Source of the DNA: an uncultured Acidimicrobiales bacterium
GTDB taxonomy: Bacteria > Actinomycetota > Acidimicrobiia > Acidimicrobiales > DATKAS01
Length of the DNA: 64,000 nucleotides
NCBI GenBank assembly: GCA_963708175.1
Contig: CAVPSD010000018.1
Span: 7,935 to 71,934 of the forward strand
Reading direction: 5' to 3'
Shown here: positions 32,179-40,451 of the stretch, in pieces
Position numbering within the stretch: the stretch's first letter is position 1
Layout of the letters: each line of letters begins with the position of its first letter
Notes under the pieces: generated by a model
Database searches by the model: none
Told to the model about the DNA's origin: nothing
Seen by the model: the letters and a program-made list of their open reading frames with translations, nothing else
Program-made: the position numbers and the translations under genes

Positions 32179-34138
32179 CTAGACCTCGATCTCGATCACC
32201 TTCTTCATCCAGAAGAAGCCAACGAGCGCGAGCACGATGCCTCCGAGGATGAGAAGCTGACCAACGGTTTCTTCGAAGAGGGTCCGGATGTAGTCCGGGT
32301 TGATCACGTACATCGCGACGCCGAGGATCGGCGGGAGCAGCGCGAGGACGATGGCGCTGATGCGGCCTTCGGCGGTGAGCGCCTTCACGTCACGGCGAAG
32401 GCGTTCGCGCTGAAGCATTGTCTCGGACACGATCATGAGGAGCTCGGCGAGGTTGCCGCCGACCTCTCGCTGGATGCGGATCGCCATGACCGCCCACTCG
32501 AAGTCGGGGCTGCCCATGCGCGCTGCGGCATCGTCGAGCGCGGTCTCGAGCGGCCGGCCGAGGCGAGCCTCGACCATGACCCGACGGAGCTCGCGACCCA
32601 TCGGGTCCTCGACCTCCTGCGACACGGCCTCGACGCCCTGCTGCAGCGAGTAGCCCGCACGCAACGAACCCGAGAGCAGCTGCAACGTGTCGGGCAGCTG
32701 GCTGAGGAACGCCGCCTGGCGCTTCCGGGCCCTGCTGTTGAGGTAGAAGGGCGGGACGATGATGAACACGCCCAGGACCAGGAGGGCGACGAGGAAGTTC
32801 TGGCTGAGCACCAGGACGAGCGCAGTCACCACGACCGTCGAGCGCGACGTAGAAGAACATCGCCTCGGCTGCTCGAAGCGGCATGTCCGCCCGTTCGAGC
32901 GCCGCCTCGACACGAGCCAGGAAGCCCCGATTCGCGGCGAACTGGCCGGTGAGCTCGACCGCCCGCTGCAAGACCTTGGTCTGGGCGAGGCTGCCCGCGT
33001 TCGGATCCTCGTCCTCGTCGGCGTCACCGACGTAGGTGTCGGCGTAGGGCTGAAGGACCGTCTCGAGCTCGCTGCGGTCACGGAAGAAGATGAGCCCGAT
33101 GCCGTACGCGAGCAGGATCAGCGCGGCGAGGGCGAGAAGGCCGCCGATGTACTTGCCGCTGGTGCCCGAGATGAAGCTCGGCCCGCCGGCGAGCGGCGGG
33201 TTGTACACGTCGGGCGACAGTGCGTTCCCGATCGTGTTGCTGCCGGGGTTGTACGTCGCCTTCGCCGAGGTGTCGCCGGCCGAGACCACGAGGTCGACCG
33301 TCGTCGCAGCCGGGTCGCTCACATACGAAAGGAGCACCTGCGCGTTGATCGTGCCGCCGACCAGAGCGACGGTGTCGGGCACCTTGCTCATGTCGTCGAG
33401 CTGCGTGTACGTGCCGTGGGTCGTCGACACCTGGCTCTGGAGGCTGCCGCTCGAGAGCTCGCCGGTGTCGAGGCCGACGCCGAACACCATGACATTCGAG
33501 TCGAGGAGATCGCCCTGGACCTCACCGTCGGTGCTGACCGAGGGGTCGGTGCCGCCGGCTTGGAAGACGACGACGTTTCCTTGCAGCGTCGTGTCGTCGA
33601 GCAGGCTCAGCGCCGTCCGCATGCCGTCCCGCTCGGACGACTCGGGCCGTTCGAGGGACGGACGCAGCGTCGCGATGGCGGACTGCAGGGTGGCCGTGTC
33701 CGTGGTGAAGTTCGAGACGACTCGCGCGGTGACGCCGAAGCTGACGATCGCGATCTTCTGGTTCGCGAGGCGCCTGGCGACCGCGTCCGTGAGCGAGGCC
33801 TTGGTCTTGTCCATGGCCTCTTGCTTGCCCATCGCCGCGCTGGTGTCGACCATGTACACAATGCCGACGCCGGTGCCGACATCGGTGAGTGATGCGGCCT
33901 GCACAGGCGACACGGCCTCACCGTTCTGCTGCACCTCGTAGCTCGAGGGTGACGGCGCGGGCCCGACCGGCAGCACGACGACGCTCGTGTCCGGATACTT
34001 GAGCGCGTCGACCGAGCGGATGACGAGCCGCTTGTCGTCGTCGGCGTGCGCGGTGCCGGCAAAGCCCGCGAACAGCGAGAAGACCAACACCACGAGCGCG
34101 GCGAAGCGAAGGTCGCGGAAGCGGAATGACGAACGCAT
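32179..34138 (-). CDS. tadB: TadB with N-terminal secreted VWA-like domain (frameshift near 32842)
   Basis: Signal-like N-terminus, VYMVDTSAAM, AIVSF; C-terminal QLPDTLQLLSGSLRAGYS, REVGGNLAE, KALTAEGR. Confidence 0.85.
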
Positions 34139-35497
34139 CAGAGGCTCGATGCTCGGCGTGCGAAGACCTCGGGCTGGAACACCTCGGGGCCGAGGCGGAT
34201 GCCGAGGTCGGCGAGCTTCTCGGCGAACTTCGGGCGCACGCCGGTCGCCTTCAGGTGACCGCGGAAGCGACCGTCTTCGTCGACGCCCATGCCGTAGTCG
34301 AAGAGGAAGATGTCCTGCAGGGTGATGACGTCACCCTCCATGCCTTGCACTTCGGTGACGTGGGTGATGCGACGCGTGCCGTCCCGGAGGCGGCTCAGGT
34401 GCACGATGAGGTCGAGCGCCGACGCCATCTGCTCACGGATCGCTCGCACCGGCAGGTCGAAGCCGGACATGAGGGTCATGGTCTCGATGCGGGCGAGCGT
34501 GTCGCGCGGGCTGTTGGAGTGGACAGTCGTGATCGAGCCGTCGTGGCCGGTGTTCATGGCCTGGAGCATGTCCAGTGCCTCACCTGAACGGCACTCTCCG
34601 ACGACGATGCGATCGGGGCGCATACGAAGGCAGTTGCGCACCAGGTCGCGGATCGTGACCTCGCCTCGACCCTCGATGTTCGGTGGACAGCGCCTCGAGC
34701 GAGAGCACGTGCTCCTGATGGAGCTGCAGCTCCTTCGAGTCCTCGACCGTGACGATGCGCTCGTCAGAGGGGATGAACGACGAAAGGACGTTGAGGGTCG
34801 TCGTCTTGCCAGTGCCGGTACCACCCGAGACGATGACGTTGAGGCGACCGACGACGCACGCCTGCAAGAAGCGAGCGGCGTGCGCGTTGAGGGTGCCGAA
34901 GCGGATCAGGTCGTCGATCTGGTACGGGTCCGTGGAGAACTTCCGGATCGTGAGGTAAGGACCGCCGATCGCGAGCGGGTGGATGATCGCGTTCACGCGT
35001 GAGCCGTCGGGCAGACGCGCGTCGACCATGGGCGTCGCCTCGTCGATGCGCCGGCCGACCTGGCCGACGATCTTGTCGATGATCCGACGCAGATGGGTCT
35101 CGTCGACGAAGGACGCATTCGACTTCTCGATGCGACCGGCGCGCTCGACGAACACCGTGTCGGGGCCGTTCACCATGACCTCGGTGATGTCTTCGTCTTT
35201 CAGGAGGCGATCGATGGGCCCGTAACCGAGGATGTCGTCCGAGACGTCCTGGATGAGCTGGGCCTTGTCGGCAGCCGACAGCGGGGCCCGCTCTTGGGCG
35301 AGCGCGGCCTGCAGCTGCTCGTGCACCCGACGGCGCAGATCGTCCTCGGAGAGGCGCCGGTCATAGAGGACCGGACCGAGCGAGTCGATCAGATGGTGGT
35401 GGATCTTCTGCCTGAGCTCGTCGAGGATCGGATCCCGCCGAGAGCTCGTCGCGCCCGATGTGGCCTGTACCTCGTGGAGCCGCTTGTAGAGCGACAT
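34138..35497 (-). CDS. cpaF: Tad secretion ATPase TadA/CpaF (frameshift at about 34689)
   Basis: [33 protein letters not shown]; deleting one base restores EARPPNIEG. Confidence 0.93.
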
Positions 35498-35534
35498 CGC
35501 GCTCCTCCTGAGTGTTCGATGTGTTCCCCTGGAC

Positions 35535-35561
35535 TCATCGGCCGGGGGGTCCAGGACTGAA
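35535..35561 (-). promoter_or_regulatory. Putative FliA/WhiG-type promoter upstream of cpaF
   Basis: Minus strand TTCA-N15-GCCGATGA (compare TAAA-N15-GCCGATAA). Confidence 0.6.
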
Positions 35562-35565
35562 GCGG

Positions 35566-36780
35566 CTAACGCCGCCGCTTCGCGTCCGCCGTGAGGAACA
35601 GGTCAGCGAGCTGCTCGAGCGCCTTGGCCACGCCGGACTTCGGCGCATCGAGCACGACCGGAGTGCCCCGGTTCACCGACTGGGGCACCACGACGTCGCT
35701 CGGCACCAAGCTGTCCGCCTTGATGCCCAAGGTCCGCTCGACCTCACCGACGTCCAGCTTCACCTTGCTGTTCGCCCGGTTGAGGACCAGCTTCAGCTTG
35801 GAGAGCGGGATGTTCAGCAGACGGAGGGTCTGCAGCCCGATCTTCACGTTCTTGATGTTGGGGATGTCCATCCCGGCGACGAGGAGGACATCGTCACTCG
35901 CCTCGATGAGGCCGAGCACCACGTCGTTGAAGTACGCCGGAGCGTCGACGACGACGAAGGCCGAGGTCTGCCGCAGGAGCTCGATGATGCGAAGCATCTG
36001 CGACGAGCCGATCTGATCCGCGAACGCAGGCTCGAGGGGCGCAGGCATCACGAGAAGGCTCGAAGGATCATGACGAGCCAGCAGACTCTGCAGCAGCGGA
36101 CCATCGAGCTTGTCGATCGCATTCACCGCATCGACAATCGTGTGTTGCGGAGCGAGCTTCAGCATGACGGCGACGTCGCCGAACTGCAGGTCCGCGTCGA
36201 CGAGCACCACCGGCCTCTCGGAGCGGCGAGCCAGGGTCACGGCAAGGTTCACCGCGATGACCGACTTGCCCGCGCCACCCTTCGTCGAGAACACGGTGAT
36301 CAGACGGCCGTATCCGGCCGTCGCCGCCGAGCTCTCAGCGGGCACGCCGGGCGTCGACGGCGCGAGGCTGCCGCCAACGCGCTGCACGGCGAGCAGGAGC
36401 TCACCCGCCTCGACCGGTGCGGCCAGGACATCCTTGACGCCCGCGCGAAGCGCGCGCTGCAACACATCGGTGGAGAGCGCCTCGACCATGAGGACCGTGC
36501 CGACCTCGGGCCACGAGCGCGTCAGGCGCTCGACTGCAACGAGACCCGCCGGGCCCGCACATGACGGTCCGAGAAGGGCAACCACCGGTTCTCCCGCCTC
36601 GAGCCGCTCTTCGAGCGACTCGATCGTCGGGAATGCCGCTGCTCGGACCCCATCGCCGAGATCTGTGATGAGCTGGGAACGAAGGGCTGGATCGCTCTCG
36701 ATGACGGCCACGTTGAAATCGGCCATCGGCACCTCATTGCCGGGATAGCCGGCGTTCAGGGTCGTGGGGGACTGCTCCAC
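35566..36780 (-). CDS. cpaE: TadZ/CpaE (atypical receiver domain plus MinD-like ATPase)
   Basis: STKGGAGKSVIAVNLA, VDADLQFGDV; alternative start ATG 36726. Confidence 0.9.
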   Translation of the reverse strand: MEQSPTTLNAGYPGNEVPMADFNVAVIESDPALRSQLITDLGDGVRAAAFPTIESLEERLEAGEPVVALLGPSCAGPAGLVAVERLTRSWPEVGTVLMVEALSTDVLQRALRAGVKDVLAAPVEAGELLLAVQRVGGSLAPSTPGVPAESSAATAGYGRLITVFSTKGGAGKSVIAVNLAVTLARRSERPVVLVDADLQFGDVAVMLKLAPQHTIVDAVNAIDKLDGPLLQSLLARHDPSSLLVMPAPLEPAFADQIGSSQMLRIIELLRQTSAFVVVDAPAYFNDVVLGLIEASDDVLLVAGMDIPNIKNVKIGLQTLRLLNIPLSKLKLVLNRANSKVKLDVGEVERTLGIKADSLVPSDVVVPQSVNRGTPVVLDAPKSGVAKALEQLADLFLTADAKRRR

Positions 36781-36801
36781 GCTAGGGCATCTCCTCTGGG
36801 A

Positions 36802-37617
36802 TCAACCGCCAGCCGGGTAGGGCGTGAGCACCCCAGGCAGGAAGAGGGTCGAGAAGTCCACCGGCGGGAGATCGACCGGCTGGAAGTCCTTCGGTGCGAG
36901 CGTCATGTAGAGGTTGCCTCCCGCGAGGGCGATGCGCTGCGCAGCGTCCGGCGGCACGTTGAACGTGATGAGGCCGCTGCCCGGGTTCGCCGGAGCTTCG
37001 GTCGCACCGACATCCGCGGCCGCGGTCTGGCCGATCGCGAGGATCTCGACGTTCTGGTACAGGTAGCGCACCGTCTCCGCACCCTCAGCGACGCCCTCGG
37101 CCGCGGGGGCCACTGCGCCGGGCTGACCGCCACCAGCGAGAGCGGCAAGCGCGGGGTCGAGGACGACCATGAGGTTCACCTTGTCGCCCGGCACGAGCAG
37201 GCCGGCGACACCGTGCACCTGATCCACCGAGACGGTGACGGCGACTTGGTCGACCGGGATCCGCTCGGAGAAGGTCACGAACGCCGTGGCCTGATCGACG
37301 AACATGCCGTCGACGACCACCTGGCCGGGAACGAGGTCCGTCAGAGCGACCTTGCCGTCCAACACCGCGGTGTCGGTGATGGCCGTCGCGGGACGGAACT
37401 CCTGCGGGATCTGGCCCGCCTGGACCAGCTTGTCGCCAACGGCTTGATCACCGGGCGTGCCCTTGGCGATCGGTTGCTTCACGACGTACACCTGGACGCG
37501 CTTCGCGTTGTCGTACGCGCGGTCCTCGACGCCGTTCACATAGTTGTAGAGCGCGTACGCAGCGATCGCTCCGATGAGCACCGCTGCAATCAAGATCACC
37601 GTACGCCGAGAGCCCAC
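36802..37617 (-). CDS. cpaB: Flp pilus assembly protein CpaB/RcpC
   Basis: N-terminal TM, SAF-like VVKQPIAKGT, GVAGLLVPGDKVN, QNVEILAIG; GTG start 37617 with SD. Confidence 0.9.
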   Translation of the reverse strand: MGSRRTVILIAAVLIGAIAAYALYNYVNGVEDRAYDNAKRVQVYVVKQPIAKGTPGDQAVGDKLVQAGQIPQEFRPATAITDTAVLDGKVALTDLVPGQVVVDGMFVDQATAFVTFSERIPVDQVAVTVSVDQVHGVAGLLVPGDKVNLMVVLDPALAALAGGGQPGAVAPAAEGVAEGAETVRYLYQNVEILAIGQTAAADVGATEAPANPGSGLITFNVPPDAAQRIALAGGNLYMTLAPKDFQPVDLPPVDFSTLFLPGVLTPYPAGG

Positions 37618-37701
37618 AAGTACCTCACTCGTCTCGCCGACCGAAGCTCCGCTTCGCTCGGTCCCGTGTCGCTCGCGAGTTGCACTCGCACTGCCGCTAC
37701 T

Positions 37702-37729
37702 TGGTCGGCAGTCGTCTCGCGATCGTGAG
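37702..37729 (-). promoter_or_regulatory. Putative FliA/WhiG-type promoter upstream of cpaB
   Basis: CTCA-N16-GCCGACCA; a second candidate GTCA-N15-GCCGACAC at 37767-37793. Confidence 0.5.
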
Positions 37730-37828
37730 CGCTTCGGGTGCGAATGAGGCCCCGCCGGCCTCGGGTGTGTCGGCGCTCGCCCGTCAGCATGACAGAGGCG
37801 CCTAGGAAGAAAAGGGGATGCCAGCGAA

Positions 37829-37878
37829 ATGATCCGAATGACCCACCGGCGCGCATAGGTCAAAAGACCTATGCGCGC
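37829..37878. promoter_or_regulatory. Perfect 13-bp inverted repeat (rpsA terminator and/or regulator box) plus an adjacent degenerate box
   Basis: GCGCGCATAGGTC-AAAA-GACCTATGCGCGC (37849-37878) with no U tract on either strand; ATGATCCGAATGACCCAC (37829-37846). Confidence 0.6.
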
Positions 37879-37887
37879 GACACCGCG

Positions 37888-39336
37888 TTATTCGGTCTCT
37901 GCCTCCGCAGGAACGTCACTCGTCGGGTGCCCTTCAGGTGCCCCGTCGGGTGACTCCTCGGTTCCTCCGTACTCGTTGTAGTACTCCGCCCACGCGGCCT
38001 CGCGGTCGGCATCGTCTGCGGCAACCGCAGTCCCGATGTAGTTGCCCTGAGCGTCGTACGCGTGCTCGCCGAAGTGCTCGCGGTACTCCTCTGCGACCTC
38101 GCCGCCCTCCGCCGCCTGCTTGATCGAGAGGCTGATGCGACGGCGCTGCAGATCGAGGTCGATGATCTTCACCCAGAGCTCTTCGCCCGGCGTCACGACC
38201 TGCTCGGGCAGGTCGACGTGATGGGCCGACATCTCCGAGATGTGCACGAGGCCCTCGATCCCCTCCCCGACCTGCACGAACGCCCCGAACGGCACGAGCT
38301 TGGTGACCCGGCCGTACACGAGCTCACCGACGCGGTGCGTCGACGCGAACTCCTGCCACGGGTCCTGCTGCGTTGCCTTCAGCGAGAGGCTGATGCGCTC
38401 GCGCTCTCGGTCGACCTCGAGCACCTGCACGGTGATCTCGTCGCCGACCTGCACGACCGAGCCCGGGTGGTCGACGTGCTTCCAGGAGAGCTCGCTGACA
38501 TGCACGAGCCCGTCCATGCCGCCGAGGTCGACGAACGCGCCGAAGCTGACGACCGACGACACGACGCCCTTGCGGATCTCACCGGGCTTCAGGTTGTCGA
38601 GGAAGTCCTCGCGCTGCTCCTTCTGGGTCTCTTCGAGCCACGCCCGCCGCGACAGCACGACGTTGTTGCGGTTCTTGTCGAGCTCGATGATCTTCGCTTG
38701 GAGCGAGCGACCGACGTAGGGCTGCAGGTCGCGCACGCGGCGCAGCTCGACGAGCGACGCAGGGAGGAAACCGCGCAGGCCGATGTCGAGGATCAGGCCG
38801 CCCTTGACGACCTCGATGACCGGTCCTTCGACAACGCCGTCGGCCTCCTTGATCTGCTCGATGTTCCCCCAGGCCCGCTCGTATTGGGCCCGCTTCTTCG
38901 ACAGGACGAGCCGGCCCTCCTTGTCCTCCTTCTGGAGGACAAGCGCCTCGAGGTCTTCGCCAAGGGAGACCACCTGCGCGGGGTCGACGTCGTTGCGGAT
39001 CGAGAGCTCACGAGACGGGATGACGCCTTCGGACTTGTAGCCGATGTCGAGCAGCACCTCGTCCTTGTCGATCTTCACGACGCGACCGTGGACGATCTGG
39101 CCGTCCTCGACCTCGACCATCGTCGAGGCGACGGCCTCGTCGAACGAGACCCCGAGATCGTCGGCCACCACCTGCCGGGGGGTGTACACGCCCTGCTCGT
39201 CGAAGGTGCCCATGGCACCGGCCTCGCCGGAGGTGCCCATGGCAGCGGCGTCATCGGGGGTGCCTGTGGCCGGGCTGTCGGCAGCGGCCGGGGCGGAGCC
39301 GGGATCAGAGGGGACAGGGGTCTGCTCGTCGGACAC
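37888..39336 (-). CDS. rpsA: 30S ribosomal protein S1
   Basis: LLDIGYKSEGVIP, GFLPASLV, FGAFVDLGG, four S1 repeats; start uncertain (GTG 39336 or a later ATG). Confidence 0.97.
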   Translation of the reverse strand: MSDEQTPVPSDPGSAPAAADSPATGTPDDAAAMGTSGEAGAMGTFDEQGVYTPRQVVADDLGVSFDEAVASTMVEVEDGQIVHGRVVKIDKDEVLLDIGYKSEGVIPSRELSIRNDVDPAQVVSLGEDLEALVLQKEDKEGRLVLSKKRAQYERAWGNIEQIKEADGVVEGPVIEVVKGGLILDIGLRGFLPASLVELRRVRDLQPYVGRSLQAKIIELDKNRNNVVLSRRAWLEETQKEQREDFLDNLKPGEIRKGVVSSVVSFGAFVDLGGMDGLVHVSELSWKHVDHPGSVVQVGDEITVQVLEVDRERERISLSLKATQQDPWQEFASTHRVGELVYGRVTKLVPFGAFVQVGEGIEGLVHISEMSAHHVDLPEQVVTPGEELWVKIIDLDLQRRRISLSIKQAAEGGEVAEEYREHFGEHAYDAQGNYIGTAVAADDADREAAWAEYYNEYGGTEESPDGAPEGHPTSDVPAEAETE

Positions 39337-39434
39337 GGAATCGCTTTCGGGATCTTGCCTGAGTGGGCTGGAAGGACGGATGGGCTGTGCTGTGCGGTCG
39401 GAGAGGCGTGCAAAGACGCGCACCACGGGCTCGC

Positions 39435-40181
39435 TCAGCGCCGGGAGAGGGTACCACCGGGCTTCGTGCCGATCACCAGGAACTCCGTCATTTCGAGCCC
39501 CGGCGGGTTCTGCCCGTAGTGCCCGGGCTCGACCGACCACAGCCGGTCCACCCGAACGCCCGCGGTGAGCGCGAGCAGCCGGAGCTCGCGGGGGGTGAAG
39601 CACGTCGTCCACAGCTCGGCCGGCGCGGGGCGCCCCTCCTCGTCTCGCACCTCGGTGTGCTCGTGCTGGACCCCGCGTGCCGCGTCGAACTGCTCGGGAT
39701 CGTCGAGGTGGCGCACCTGGAAGTACGAGGAGAACGCGGACAGGACGAGCCGGCCGCCAGGACGGAGGACTCGCGCCATCTCCTCGATGACGACCAGATC
39801 TTCGTCCTCGCGGCTCCCAGGCCCGCCGAGCAGGCCGAACGCTCCCTGGCAGAGCGACATGGCGACGTCGAAGCTCTCGCTGCGAACGGGGAGCCGGCGT
39901 GCGTCGCCATGCGCATACGCCCCACCCGGCGACGCTGCCGCCAAAGAGACGAAGCGCCACGAGAGGTCCACGCCGACCACGTCGATGTCCCGCGCCGCGA
40001 GCGCGTGCGCGTGACGTCCGGGGCCACACCCGACGTCGAGCACGCGGACCCCGGACTCGAGGCCGAGCTGCTCGACGAGGAACGCAACCTCCTGGTCGGT
40101 CCCCTTGGTGAACGAGTAGCGGAGGTACGCGGCGCCGAGGTGGTCGGCCACCGGTTCGAACCAGTGCCGATCGCCGGTCAC
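39435..40181 (-). CDS. Class I SAM-dependent methyltransferase
   Basis: VLDVGCGPGRH, VGVDLS, GDAR, LRPGGRL. Confidence 0.85.
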   Translation of the reverse strand: MTGDRHWFEPVADHLGAAYLRYSFTKGTDQEVAFLVEQLGLESGVRVLDVGCGPGRHAHALAARDIDVVGVDLSWRFVSLAAASPGGAYAHGDARRLPVRSESFDVAMSLCQGAFGLLGGPGSREDEDLVVIEEMARVLRPGGRLVLSAFSSYFQVRHLDDPEQFDAARGVQHEHTEVRDEEGRPAPAELWTTCFTPRELRLLALTAGVRVDRLWSVEPGHYGQNPPGLEMTEFLVIGTKPGGTLSRR

Positions 40182-40190
40182 GCGGTCACA

Positions 40191-40379
40191 TCAGTTGCCG
40201 GGCGCCTGTATCTGCTGGCACTCCCACTTGGGGGGGAGGAACGACCACTCCTTCTTCCCGTTGCTCACCTTGTCGCACTTGTCGGCCGTCGCCGTAGCGA
40301 GGCCGAGCGAGAGAAGCGCGTAACACACGACCGCGGCGAGCAGCATTGGAAGCCAGAAGCTGCTGCGACCGTGAGCCAT
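40191..40379 (-). CDS. Small membrane/secreted protein with two Cys
   Basis: One hydrophobic segment, then C...KEWSFLPPKWEC; CACAAT 6 nt upstream of the ATG. Confidence 0.6.
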   Translation of the reverse strand: MAHGRSSFWLPMLLAAVVCYALLSLGLATATADKCDKVSNGKKEWSFLPPKWECQQIQAPGN

Positions 40380-40451
40380 GGGCCCATTGTGGACCGGTCG
40401 CGAGCGCCTCTACCAGGGGTCGTTCGGCCTGCACGCGGTCGGTGCTGCCGC

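Noticed and set aside
39337-40029. 713-aa extended ribosomal protein S1
   Set aside because: The extension overlaps the methyltransferase gene in another frame; S1 similarity begins only near 39200
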